Part shown: positions 26,221 to 37,569 of the stretch, piece by piece | Position numbering within the stretch: position 1 is the stretch's first letter | Layout of the letters: every line of letters starts with the position of its first letter | NCBI GenBank assembly: GCA_964016885.1 | Contig: OZ024740.1 | Span: forward strand, 265,484,001-265,548,000 | DNA: 64,000 nucleotides | Origin: Eledone cirrhosa | Lineage: Eukaryota | Direction: 5' to 3' | Position numbers and translations under genes: made by a program | Notes under the pieces: model-generated | Told to the model about the DNA's origin: nothing | The model's database searches: none | The model's input: the letters and a program-made list of their open reading frames with translations, nothing else

Positions 26221-27360
26221 TATATATAATAAAATAACAATCGAAATCCCCAATAGGGGGGAACGTTACTGTGTGATTGTTTTACACCCCGTAGATAGAA
26301 CAACCCTCAACAGCAGGAGCACGTTTTGTAGGTGTTCCCGTCTTCCCTCTGTTTGTCTTTCTCAACCTACAGGTTTATATACAGAGAAGGCCCATTCACT
26401 CGGGCCATTTTCGCCATATTCACCCACCTTTCAGCGAATTTACTGGGGTGTAGCACCTCTCTCTCCACTCTCACCTTCCTTCTGAAGTGATACTTAAAGA
26501 AGGGGATAATTTTTTGTCCGGAATGAAAGGTTTTTGCCTTCAGTCCTTTTAACCTCGTCCACCATATTACCTCTTTCGCCATAGCCACCAGACAGAGGAA
26601 AACCGCCTCACCTTCATTCTTAAATGAAGGCGGCGGGGTGGTCCTCACGATGGACTCGGCTGACAACTGGATGCGTCCCACGCGTGACAGTAGCTGTTCG
26701 ACATAATTCCACAGGTCGGTCACGCCTGGACACTGAACAATTGCGTGCAGAATGGTTTCGATGTCCTGCTCGCATCTTGGACATGTTCTTTTGGCAGGAT
26801 CTCTGCCAGGGCGTCCGTGCCTGTAGATTTTGTTTCGAACTGGTAGAGCTCCTCGGAAGCACTGCCAGGCCAGAGACCTCTGAAAGTTATCCATAGGCCC
26901 TGGACGGAAAGTCCTCCCGAACAGTCTGATCAGTTCGTCCTCCTCGATGCCTAGAGTTTCCCCGAGAACGTCGTCGCACTTATCCCCTAAAGAATGTCGA
27001 AAGTGGAGTCTCCGCTGATTGCCGTTTCCGTTTGGTAGAGGGCTGTGAGCGGCTGTAGGCACTCGAGGTGCCAGGCACCCATTTTCGGTCCTCACTTGAC
27101 CCAGGACTGCAGCTCTGTCAGTGAGACGAGTTGTGGAAGAGCTTTTCTCACAAACGACAGCCAGCCCGGTTCGCCGGTCAGGAATACCTGGAGATGGCGT
27201 AGCCTCAGCGCGTGTTTGCGCATCATCAGCCACAGCAAGCCCAGCCCTCCGTTAGAAGGGTATTGACAGCAGATGGATCTCCTCACCATCCGTTCCATTT
27301 TGGTAAGGTATTCGCGGGGGCAAGGCACGCCTGTCAAGCGCTAGTAGATGACGGACGCTA
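26221..27360 (-). mobile_element. Diverged 5'-truncated Tx1-clade copy in tandem downstream of the full-length element
   Basis: VRRSICCQYPSNGGLGL...FGRTFRPGPMDNFQRSLAWQCFRGALPVR...CPRCEQDIETILHAIVQC...ARVNGPSLY, homologous to the C-terminus of the 1794-aa ORF; has a frameshift, a stop and a short deletion; its 5' end abuts (TCTA)n. Confidence 0.9.
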
Positions 27361-27384
27361 AGATAGATAGATAGATAGATAGAT
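27361..27384. repeat. (AGAT)6 between the two Tx1 copies
   Basis: Direct reading. Confidence 0.95.
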
Positions 27385-30300
27385 TTCTTTATTTACCATA
27401 AAGGCATAAAAAGAAGGGACAAATACAAAGGGGGAGTTTACATATAATCGAGTAAAAAGGGTGTAACATGAAAATAATCGAAAATAACCTCAAAAGGGAG
27501 GGGACGTGATGGGGGTTGCACACACCCCCGAAAAAGTGTGCAATCCTTTGCCCGGGGAGCACATGGAGAAGGTGCTCCCCTATCCTTTACTTCTTTACCT
27601 ACAGGATGGTATACAGAGAAGGCCCATTTACACGAGCCATTCTCGCCACTATCACCCACCTTTCATAAAACTGCCTGTGGCCAAGCACCTCTCTCTCCAT
27701 TCTTATCCTTCTTCCGAAGTGATATCGGAAGAAGTAGACCAGACTATGGCCAGAGAGGAAGTTGCCTGACCTCAGACCTTTCAATCGTGTCCACCAAACA
27801 ACCTCTTTCAACATGGCTATTACGCACAGAAAAACCGCCTTTGCTTCCTTTGTGAAGAGGGGAGGCGGTTTGATTGTCATCACGGACTCGGCGGTCAATT
27901 TAATCGGCGCCACCCGCGACAGCAGTCGTTCGGCGTAGCCCCACAGATCAGCCACGCCCGGACATTGCACCAATGCGTGCGCAACGGTTTCTTCGTGACG
28001 CACGCATCTAGGGCAAATCTTTTTTGAGGGATCCCTGCCCGGGCGCCCGTGTCTGTAGAGCCTCTCTCGAACGGGTAGAGCCCCCCGGTAGCACTGCCAG
28101 GCCAGTGACTTCTGGAAGTTGTCCATTGGTCCTGGGCCGAAAGTCCTACCGAACAGGCTGGCCAGTTCGTCTTCTTCCATGTCCAGCGACTCTCCAAGGG
28201 TGTCATCGCCCCTGCTAGCCACCAGCCCTCTATAGCATGATGAGGTGGATTCTCCACCGACGGCCCGGCCCGCTTGCCAGAGAGCCCTGAGTGCCTGAGC
28301 ACACTCAGTGTGCCAGTCTCCCAGTTTTCCGGATCTTTGCTTGACCCAGGACTGTAGCTCGGTGAGCGAGACGAGTCTCGGAAAGGCTCGTTTCACGAAC
28401 GGAGCCCACACCGGTTGACCAGTGAGGAATACCTGTAGGTGCCGTAGCCTTAATGCGTGCCTACGCATCATCAACCACGGCATCCCCAGCCCTCCTTTCG
28501 AAGGTTGTTGGCAGCAGATGGATCTTCTCACCATAGGAGGACGCTTCTTCCAAAGAAATTGGAAGAGCATGCGTTCCATGGTGGTGAGTGTTTCCTTAGG
28601 GCAAGGCACGACAGTCAGGCGGTAGTAAGTGACGGACGCTATGTAAATGTTCGCCACCTCCGCCCGGCCTTTTAGGGACAGCTTACACTTGGCCCATTTC
28701 TGGGTTAGTGCAAACACCTTGTTCGTAACCTCGTTCCAGTTCTTTTCCACCTGGAGGTCCGGTCCAAACCAGACCCCAAGCAACTTTACCGGGCCCTCCG
28801 TCCAGTGTCCGACGACACCGTCAGGAGGCATCGGTCTGCCTCTCCACGTTCCGAGTTGCAGCCCGATGGATTTTTCCCGGTTCAGTTTCGCTCCTGACAA
28901 CCTTTCGTACTCCTCCAGTAAGGTACCGATCGCCTCGATCTCCGAGTCGGTTGATACCATTACTGTTACGTCATCGGCGTAGGCCGACACCGCTTTGCTC
29001 AATCCTGGTTCCAGGGGGATACCCTGCAACAACTCCAACTTCCTCAGTAAAGGCTCGAGAGTCAATACGTACAGAAGGGAGGAGAGAGGGCACCCCTGTC
29101 GAATGGATCGTGTGATTTCGAACGGCTTCGAAAGGTAGCCGTTCACCTTGATCCTAGAACAGATGTGGTTGCTATGTAGGGCAGTGATCCAGCCTCTGAA
29201 AACAGGACCGAACCCAGCCGCCGCTAGCACCGCATCCAGGTAACCATGGTCGACCCTATCGAAAGCCTTAGACTGATACAAGTTGATCAGGGCCCCACCG
29301 AAGCCGGGTTTGTTGCCAACCCTCTCTATGATGTATCGCATGAGGTGGAGGTTATCGTGAATGGACCTGGATGGGATAGCACATGTCTGCGCATCTCCCA
29401 CCAGGCCACCCACGACAAGCGCCAACCTCTTTGCTAACACCTTGGCCAAAATCTTTAACTCTGTGTTTAGCAGGGTTATGGGCCGAAAATTATTTATACT
29501 ATCCCCCTTGTTCTCGTCCTTCCTCACCAGCGTGACTACGCCCTTGGCTACAGAACAAGGAATTCTCCCGTTCTGCTGCCAATTGCAGTAGACCGCTTCG
29601 AGGAGTTCGGAGAAGAAGACCGGCATTGCTAAATAAAGTTCGTAAGGTATACCATCGAGACCTGGAGATTTGCGTCTGCTGCATTGGCTCAGCGCATCTC
29701 CGATCTCATCAGCCGAGATTGGTCCCTCGCAGGACTCTGCCTCTTCGCTCGAGAGACGCGGCAGGCCGTCGAGGTATGGACCGAAATCCATGCCCCCGCC
29801 CGGACCCTCGCCTCCCCCGAACAATCGGGCAAAGTGCCTTTGAAAGGCCTCGCACATCTGCTTAGGCTCCCGGATCACCCGTCCATCTTCGTCTTGCAAC
29901 GACCGGATGGTGGATCGATTTCCACTCTTAGCTTCTGTCACGCGGGCCCATCCAACGGCTTTGGCCCCCTCATTACCTAGAGCACGTATTTTACTTCGAA
30001 TGACGCAGCCTTCGTGCTTTGCATCGAAAAACTGGTTCAAGGCCGTCCTCGATGCCAGCACTCTGGCCACATCTTCGCTCTTGATTGCCTCTTCTAATTT
30101 ACCTGTTAATTCTTTCTCGTTTCTATTCCTATCGGCAGCTAACATCTTGCTATAACTTATTGATTCTGTTCTAATCTCTCTTTTGAGAGATGCCCACCAT
30201 CGGTTGTTGACGATTGCACCCGTCAACCTCTCCTTAACTAATCTGCTAATCCGGTTTCTGTAAGTCTCTTTTGCCGGTAAAGACAAATTAAGTTTCCAGT

Positions 30301-33208
30301 AACCGGGACCCTGTCTATGTGTTTTCTCGAGATTGACCACGCAGGTCACTAATTTGTGATCCGTGTAGCCAACCGTGCGCATTTCTGGACAGCTTAATAT
30401 GTCCCTATCCTTACTTCTAACTAAGAATCTATCTAAGTACGATCTAGATTGACCACTGTGGTTTCTCCAAGTCCAGGTAGGCACAGTTGGAAAATCTAGT
30501 CGATATCTATCGACCAAGTTAAAACGGTCGAGTAACCCCTTGAGGCTGTTACACCCCCCTCTATTAGGACATGCTCCTGCATAGTCCCAACGTGCATCCA
30601 GGATGTCATTCCAATCCCCCGCTAGAAGCAGGGAACGCGACGTTCCCAGAAAAGTCTCCAAACGCTGGAAGAAGTCGGGCCGTTCAGCTCCGAAAGGGGA
30701 GTAGACGGCGACCAGTCTCAAGGCCGCACTTTCACTACTGCCAACGTCTAGCACCAACAAACGACCCTCCGGGTCCGAGTGCACAACCTGTATGGCAAGA
30801 CCCAGGTGTTTTTGCAGCAGTACGACAACCCCACCCCCACCTCCAGGTTGACAGAGAGATGCATGCACCTCAAAGTCATCGAAGGTGGGGGCCAGCTGCC
30901 GCACGACGCTGATTCGAGTCTCACAGATAACCATTACATTTATACTACATGACTTGAGGTCATTTAGAAGCTTTGCTTGCTTCCAAGTTGAGCCCAGGCC
31001 ACGTGCATTCAAACATCCTACTCTTAACACATCCATGTGGGCGGCAGAGCCAAAGGAGAGTGTAGAGACCGACCTTTCCGCTTCCCGGGGTTCGGGTTGC
31101 ACGACTTCCATGGGTTCGGGGGTGTTGGGTGAAGGGGTGTCTTGTGGTGGTGTGGGGTCGTCAGTGTGTGGTGGGGTTGGGGTGTTTGGAGTTGTGTTGG
31201 GGAGGGGAAGGGGAGGGGGAAAGCTTTTTAGTAGGACGCGGTTTATGGGTTTGACAGAGGGTGGTCCTACGTCCTCCTTAAAATCCTTTTTTAGTTTTTG
31301 GTAGAGGTTCATTGGGATCTTTATTAGTTTTAAATGTGGGTAGTTTTCTGACGAAACAAAGTTTACACCTTCGGTTTGTACCGAAGGATTATTGTATATG
31401 AGCTCATTTAATTTATTATTGTTTCTGTTGATGTAAGTATAGTGTAATGTCTTTTTTTCCGATGGTGTGAGTGTTTCGAAGAGGGGAGGGGCAGGTTTGG
31501 TTTTGTTTGTTGCTGGAGGGGTGTTTTCTGTTTTGTTGGATTGTGTTGAGATTTGGGTGGGGGTTGTTTGTCCTTGTGTGTTTTGCACATGTTTTCTTTT
31601 TTTCCTTTTAATCTGTCTGAAGTACTCCGTTTCTTCCTCCGAATTCGTTGGGTTATCTTCAGTGTTGGAGGGAAGAGGTATGTTTGCTGGTAATGTTTCC
31701 GTGTTGGTTTTCTTTGTGGGGGAGATGGATGTCACTATGTTAGACTGTGTTGTGTGTTGTGTCTGCGGTGGTTGTGTTGTTTTATTGAGTGAGAGGTTGG
31801 GTGGGCCTGTATTTTGTTTTGGGGTAATGTGTTGTGACTGTTTGTGTTGTGGTGGTGTTGTGGTTTTACTGAGGGACGGGTTGGGTGGGACTGAGTTTTG
31901 TTGTTTGTTTATCTGTTGTGGTGGTGGTGGTGGTGGTGGTGGTGGAGCTGGTGTTGGTAGCAGGGTTTTCTTTTTGTTGAGTTGGGGACAAGCGGCCTTC
32001 GGGTGCCCTCTGCCTGCACAGATATGGCAGGACGGCCTTCTCCCCTCCACGCTAATGTTTATATACCCGTGGTCCTCTAATAGGATTCTGTCGGGTATTT
32101 GGGCGATGCGTTCAGGCTTCATTTGTACTACCAGCTCTATACCTATTCCACTGAACGTATTGCCTGTGGTTTTCCCAATGGAAATCACGTTGTCATTCAC
32201 TGGATCGATGAAGCCAGCTATGAGCCAGCAGTAGTCCACATCTGGCATCATTGCATCCAGCCATATGCGTTGAGTTCTTTTCCCCATATAAGATGGATAA
32301 AAGGTGAAATTTTTCGAACGAATCGGTGACAAAGCACATTTTTTTGCCGCCGATTCGTTCTTCATGATAATTGCTAGGCTTCCATACAGTCTGTCTTTTC
32401 TTATGAAAGTGGTTTCATTAAGTACTTCTGTGAGTACTGTTTTGATATCTGCTTGAGAAGGCTGTTCAGGTTTTTTTGTACTGTTGTTGATGGTCCGAAA
32501 CTTGACCGTTCGGCTTTCAATGTCTTTCGTGAATTCTTGAGGCATTTTTACGGATAAAATACCATTCTCTCCTTCACTTATGTATTGTTTGGCGTCCGTG
32601 ATCCTTCGTACCACATCTGAAATGTTTTCCGCTATATAAGTCAAAGATTTCTTTGTTTTCTGTGCAAATGAAATCTTGTCGTCTGCTTTGTTTTCTGATA
32701 TGGTGTTATTTTCAACTGTTATTTTTGTGTTTGTTGTGTCTTTGTTTGTGTTATTAGTATTGTCATGCAATTTTTCAAATTTTTTTTTTTCGTTGTTGGA
32801 ATCCAAATCCAGATTTGTGTTTTCGTCATTTAATTTTTTCTCCGCAGATTCGTCTGTTTTTATTTTAATTTTTCCTTCCTTCTCTATGACGTTAGTTGGG
32901 AAGGAAGGGAGGACTAAAGCGTGCGAGCTTACAACTCTTACCGCTGTCCCCCCACCACTATTTTCGTTCGCTGCGTTTAACATTTCTGTTAGACGATTGA
33001 AATTTGTTTACACAAAATTTTTTAAAACAGGTTTTTCACCTCTAGGAGGGGTAAAGATGAGCTGACCCACCGCCTGACAGTTCAGACGGAGGGTCAAGCT
33101 ACACAATTGTATCAAAATTAAGTTTGAACTCACAAAATTTCCTCAATAAATTTGAACAAAACTTCTGTGCGAAGTGAATGACATCCACACTGTAGAACAG
33201 ACGACAGC
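27385..33208 (-). mobile_element. Full-length Tx1/L1-clade non-LTR retrotransposon
   Basis: ~225-nt 5' UTR, single long ORF, ~215-nt 3' UTR ending AATAAAGAAA; (TCTA)n on both sides. Confidence 0.92.
27599..32983 (-). CDS. Fused ORF1-ORF2 polyprotein: CCHC knuckle, Pro/Thr-rich linker, APE endonuclease, reverse transcriptase, C-terminal zinc finger
   Basis: CHICAGRGHPKAAC (31988-32029); APE motifs CLNARGL, ICETR, AGDWN, SYLDRFLV, TDHKLV; RT motifs KSPGLDG, FRPITLLN, QSKAFDRV, RQGCPLS, YADD; CPRC...ETVAHALVQC. Confidence 0.95.
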   Translation of the reverse strand: MLNAANENSGGGTAVRVVSSHALVLPSFPTNVIEKEGKIKIKTDESAEKKLNDENTNLDLDSNNEKKKFEKLHDNTNNTNKDTTNTKITVENNTISENKADDKISFAQKTKKSLTYIAENISDVVRRITDAKQYISEGENGILSVKMPQEFTKDIESRTVKFRTINNSTKKPEQPSQADIKTVLTEVLNETTFIRKDRLYGSLAIIMKNESAAKKCALSPIRSKNFTFYPSYMGKRTQRIWLDAMMPDVDYCWLIAGFIDPVNDNVISIGKTTGNTFSGIGIELVVQMKPERIAQIPDRILLEDHGYINISVEGRRPSCHICAGRGHPKAACPQLNKKKTLLPTPAPPPPPPPPPQQINKQQNSVPPNPSLSKTTTPPQHKQSQHITPKQNTGPPNLSLNKTTQPPQTQHTTQSNIVTSISPTKKTNTETLPANIPLPSNTEDNPTNSEEETEYFRQIKRKKRKHVQNTQGQTTPTQISTQSNKTENTPPATNKTKPAPPLFETLTPSEKKTLHYTYINRNNNKLNELIYNNPSVQTEGVNFVSSENYPHLKLIKIPMNLYQKLKKDFKEDVGPPSVKPINRVLLKSFPPPLPLPNTTPNTPTPPHTDDPTPPQDTPSPNTPEPMEVVQPEPREAERSVSTLSFGSAAHMDVLRVGCLNARGLGSTWKQAKLLNDLKSCSINVMVICETRISVVRQLAPTFDDFEVHASLCQPGGGGGVVVLLQKHLGLAIQVVHSDPEGRLLVLDVGSSESAALRLVAVYSPFGAERPDFFQRLETFLGTSRSLLLAGDWNDILDARWDYAGACPNRGGCNSLKGLLDRFNLVDRYRLDFPTVPTWTWRNHSGQSRSYLDRFLVRSKDRDILSCPEMRTVGYTDHKLVTCVVNLEKTHRQGPGYWKLNLSLPAKETYRNRISRLVKERLTGAIVNNRWWASLKREIRTESISYSKMLAADRNRNEKELTGKLEEAIKSEDVARVLASRTALNQFFDAKHEGCVIRSKIRALGNEGAKAVGWARVTEAKSGNRSTIRSLQDEDGRVIREPKQMCEAFQRHFARLFGGGEGPGGGMDFGPYLDGLPRLSSEEAESCEGPISADEIGDALSQCSRRKSPGLDGIPYELYLAMPVFFSELLEAVYCNWQQNGRIPCSVAKGVVTLVRKDENKGDSINNFRPITLLNTELKILAKVLAKRLALVVGGLVGDAQTCAIPSRSIHDNLHLMRYIIERVGNKPGFGGALINLYQSKAFDRVDHGYLDAVLAAAGFGPVFRGWITALHSNHICSRIKVNGYLSKPFEITRSIRQGCPLSSLLYVLTLEPLLRKLELLQGIPLEPGLSKAVSAYADDVTVMVSTDSEIEAIGTLLEEYERLSGAKLNREKSIGLQLGTWRGRPMPPDGVVGHWTEGPVKLLGVWFGPDLQVEKNWNEVTNKVFALTQKWAKCKLSLKGRAEVANIYIASVTYYRLTVVPCPKETLTTMERMLFQFLWKKRPPMVRRSICCQQPSKGGLGMPWLMMRRHALRLRHLQVFLTGQPVWAPFVKRAFPRLVSLTELQSWVKQRSGKLGDWHTECAQALRALWQAGRAVGGESTSSCYRGLVASRGDDTLGESLDMEEDELASLFGRTFGPGPMDNFQKSLAWQCYRGALPVRERLYRHGRPGRDPSKKICPRCVRHEETVAHALVQCPGVADLWGYAERLLSRVAPIKLTAESVMTIKPPPLFTKEAKAVFLCVIAMLKEVVWWTRLKGLRSGNFLSGHSLVYFFRYHFGRRIRMEREVLGHRQFYERWVIVARMARVNGPSLYTIL

Positions 33209-33215
33209 TAGATTA

Positions 33216-33216
<1 letters not shown>

Positions 33217-33283
<67 letters not shown>
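33217..33283. repeat. (GATA)n(GA)n microsatellite at the 5' junction of the Tx1 element
   Basis: About 13 GATA units followed by a GA run. Confidence 0.95.
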
Positions 33284-33396
33284 GTTTCCCCTAAATGGCT
33301 GACAGTACACGCGGTTTTCTCCCTCGAACATTTTTCTGTCTGCCTCTTTTCAATCTCCTCTATTTTTCTATCTAATAGATAATTATTATTAGTCAA

Positions 33397-33575
33397 TGGA
33401 TTGGCAGTATCGGTAGAGGGTCGGACGCCATGCTTTCCAGCATAGTTACGTCCCTTTACGATCTGAGTTCAAATCCCGCCGAGGTTGACTTTGCCTTTCA
33501 TCCTTACGGGGTCGATAAAATAAAGTACCAGTAATGCACTGGATAATTGCTGGCCTTGTGCCTAAAGTAGAAACA
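33397..33575 (+). mobile_element. Young main SINE with TSD
   Basis: TSD ATTATTAGTCAA on both sides; A-box-like TGGCAGTATCGG and B-box GAGTTCAAATCC. Confidence 0.92.
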
Positions 33576-33845
33576 ATTATTAGTCAAGTTACTCACTCAA
33601 ATATAACAGGAAATCAGGAGTAGGAAACATAAAATGACTTGATAATAAACGGCGTGCTTAGTTATGATATCTAGCGGGAAATTCAAATCTTGTATCTTGT
33701 GTAAATAATGTGTAAATAATTAGTTATAACTGATGTGTTGTTTGCATATATATGGAATCTTATCACCTGTATAGAAACGATTGTAGTTATTGAAGATTGA
33801 TTTAATTTGAAAACCCTGGTTCTTTTCTCTTTAAATATATATATA

Positions 33846-34190
33846 CAGTCTACCCCTGGCATTCGTGGTCCCAACATTCGCAGTTCCGGTTATTTGCGGC
33901 ATTTTTCTTAGAGCCTAATTAATAATTGTTCGTGGAAACCATCACATATTCGCGGAATCATATGGGTTTTTTAGTAGCAATATATATTTCTTAACGCTAA
34001 ATTACGAATGACAATATAGTGTATTTGCCGGCCTATAGGACGTCCCTTCGCATAAGACGTTTCCCTCTTTTTTTTATATTTTACGTTATAATTTGGCACT
34101 TATAATTCTGACCACGACCAATATTCGCTGATTTTCTCTCTTCGCAGGTACTCTCGGTACGTAGCCCCAGCGAATACCGGGGGATTACTG
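33846..34190. mobile_element. Tc1/mariner-pogo (Tigger-like) MITE
   Basis: TA|CAGTCTACCCCTGGCATTCGTGG ... CCAGCGAATACCGGGGGATTACTG imperfect TIRs. Confidence 0.65.
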
Positions 34191-34447
34191 CCTATATAGA
34201 AATGATAGTAGATATTAAAGTTGGATATAATTTGAAAACATCAGTTCTCTTCACTTTATATTTTTATGCCCTGCTACCCTCATTCTCCTCAACAAAAAGA
34301 ACTTTAACTTTCGGAAGACTATTTCGATGTTTTGAAATGTTTACGTGCTGAGGACCCCAAGAGCACGTTGAGCTTTCCTCGTCTTACCAAATTTAATAGT
34401 GGAATATTCCATTATATATCGCCAAGTTTCAAATATTAATACATTAT

Positions 34448-34573
34448 TTATACGATCTGAGTTCAAATCCCGCCGAGGTTAACTTTGCCTTTCATCCTTA
34501 CGGGGGTCGATAAAATAAAGTACCAATAATGCACTGGGTAATTGCTGGCCTTGTGCCAAAAGGAGAAACAATT
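34448..34573 (+). mobile_element. 5'-truncated main SINE
   Basis: Family match from GATCTGAGTTCAAATCCC to AGAAACAATT. Confidence 0.85.
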
Positions 34574-34823
34574 ATTTATTTGAGCTACACACGTTTCATT
34601 CGCTAAAGATATTCTTTACAATACCTCTATAGAGAGATCGTCAGAATCCAATATATATATATATGTAAAAGGTAAACAGAAATAACAACACAATTGGTAC
34701 AGTATATGGAGGGGATATATTAGTTAACGCTTGATACAGCAGGAAGAGGGTCTTATCCTTTCGGACGCTAGTCCTTCAAACACACACACATACACACACA
34801 CACGCGCGCACACACTCACACAC

Positions 34824-34894
<71 letters not shown>

Positions 34895-37569
34895 CATGTG
34901 TGTGTGCATATTTGTGCGCACGCATATATATAGAGAGAGATAGATATGTGGGTGCTTGTCTACATGAGTGACTGTGCACTCATGTCTGTATATGTGTCTC
35001 TGTGTGTGATAGTGCGCATGACTCTGTGTATGTGTCGCCTATGTGTATTTGCATTTGTTCGTGCCTCTATGAGTGTGGTTGTATGCCTCTCTATGCCTGT
35101 GAGTGTTTGTAAATACTTGCCTACGTGTGTTTAGGTGTGCGTGTGTACGAGCACACGCACGTACAAACATGATAAAATATATATATTGATGTATAAAGCA
35201 ACATAATAACTATGTTATAAATTAAAGAAATATTTAACATCAAAATCTGTCTTTTCTTGTTTCCTTTCCTCTCGTTTTTCTTCATTTTCTGCTTATTTTT
35301 TCTCGTTATATTGTTATTAAGAAACTTGTTATGTATTTCAGTATGTATTCATTTCATAAATAGAATGAATGTTAATATTAACAGAAATTTTACAAAAAAG
35401 AAAAATGAATTGGTGCAAACACAAATTAAGGAAACAACAACGACAAACAACAAGTATTTATAGTTTGTTTTCATATTTTCAATCCAATTTATATTCTATT
35501 TATATTTTCTATTCTTTCATTCACTCTCTGTCGTTTCAGTGAATGGATGTTTGCGTATTAGCTCTGCTGCTGACTGAAGAATCAGATAAATGTTTCTTTA
35601 CCTTGTTTAATTCGTTGGTCACGTACTACGTAAAAATCTTTCTCATTTTCATAAAAGAAATTCTATTTTCAAGACAAAAGTTCCCATTGACTGGTGAAAG
35701 AAACAGAAAAGTGTTCAAAGAATAATTATTAGTAATGCATGCCACAAGAAATAAGTCAAAGTTTTAAAATTTATAATGAAACCTCTTTTTGAAAAAGAGG
35801 GAAAAAAAAGGAAAGATATGACAGAGGAAGAGACAGAGAGAGAGAAATATATCACTAAGAAAGGAAATTAGGTAATTTAGAAAATAAACAAGTTTCAAAG
35901 GGGGAAAGAAATATTAATAGAATAACACGAATAGAGAAAAGGAACTGAGAGAAAATATACGAACGTTATTTTAGAAAATAGGCTTCTCAATGCAGGGAAA
36001 ATGTAAATTAATGGGGGTTTTGTTATTTTGAATGATTTTAGCATTCTTTTATAAACACATGCTTTTTCAATAACTAACCAATTAAAAGAATATTTATTTT
36101 TATGCCGCAAACTTCGTAATAGAATACTAAAAGTACGTTCCTATTTTTCATGACTTAGATGCTGTTTGTGTGAGCAAAACTCTTCTTTCACGTTATCCAG
36201 TATACTCAAATGAATACCAGCAGAATCTGTAGGTTTCACCCTGCATTCTGTCTAGGAGTGATTATTGAACTCTCAATCGCTTAACGACATGGAAACCGGA
36301 AGAAGAACCGGGCTGACGAGCCTCCGGACTGAACACAGACTTTATGCTGTTTAGTATTTGTTATCACATATGTCATGAAATATAGAATACTCATTTACAT
36401 TCCGAATTCTTGTACAATAGCTTACTGAATATTTCCTACGGTATGTATCGCCGCGGATATGAATTCTACACACAACATATGAAATACCGTTAAATATAGG
36501 ACTGAAATTGTTGTAGGAAAGCATGTATAATGCAAATTACTGCTTTTCCTTTGTATTTTGAAAAATAAATCTTAGCCCCTAATAGAACAGACTTCTTCCC
36601 GAGAAGGATAAGAAGTGAATGAATGAAAGTGAGAAAGAGATATACAGTAGAATAAACCCCAGTACTAGACCGGTACTTTTGTTTATCGATTTCGAATGGA
36701 CGAAAGGCAAAGTTGACTTCAGCGTGATTTGTAACTAGCTTGGCCGAAACGAATACCGAATATCATTCCATCCAATATTCCTATGACTGTGTGAATTCGT
36801 CCCATTTCCTCTTCTAATATACCAGGTTAATAGTTTTATTGTTTCATGATCTAACTTTGAAAGTGTGATTATATCTATTTAAAATTGTTATTTAGGTTAT
36901 GGCCGAAAAATAGAAAGGTATACAATATCATGCTTAAGAATCTGTTTTAAAATCCCGATTTTATTTCACGAGCAGGATTAGAATTATCGTATCTATAATA
37001 TATTAGTAGTAATCTAATTAGTTCAAACCATCTTATTTACGATGTATTAAAAGTAAATTAAACTCAATTGTTGAAACTGAAAGGTAAGTCTATTAATCAA
37101 CATCAGAAAAAATACAATCAATCTGCCTATTATGTGTTGACATTTAATTCAATTATTTTAATATGCTTAATTCAAAGTGTATTGAAACTTGGACTAGGCA
37201 GAATATTACTAGGGTTCCTGACATGAGGTGAATTTCTGCACAGGAGCTTAAGTTGCTGATACTGGATCAGTACATTTTTTCAATTATAGTTAAAATAGTT
37301 TGAAGTTAAGAAAAATTTGAATTAAGTCAATTTTATGTAATAAGATGCTAATTTATATTTTTCTATCGCGAGGGACCTAATGATGTGCATTTTATACTTT
37401 TTAATTACTGTGTTGTTAAAAGAGTAGTCTAATTAAGAGCAAGATAAATCTTTCAGGAAATGAAAGACACAGTAGAAAGAAAACAGCAACACAGCTGAAC
37501 CCTTCTCTGTCATTCTCTATATTAGTTTGCATTTTAAAATGTCTCCTTTTTCGGATGCAGTATCATAAT

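Noticed and set aside
31467-32234. 255-aa antisense ORF inside Tx1 ORF1
   Set aside because: Shadow of the low-complexity Pro/Thr/Gln linker (G/V/C-rich translation), with no independent coding signal.
33400-33485. tRNA gene (A/B boxes)
   Set aside because: tRNA-derived head of a SINE with a TSD and family-specific body; no complete cloverleaf evident.
34580-34790. Two hammerhead-like strings on the minus strand (CTGACGA...GAAACGTGTGTA and GGAC-TAGC-GTCC-GAAA)
   Set aside because: The first lacks convincing helices I and II; the second lacks the CUGANGA box. Possibly decayed PLE remnants but not callable.
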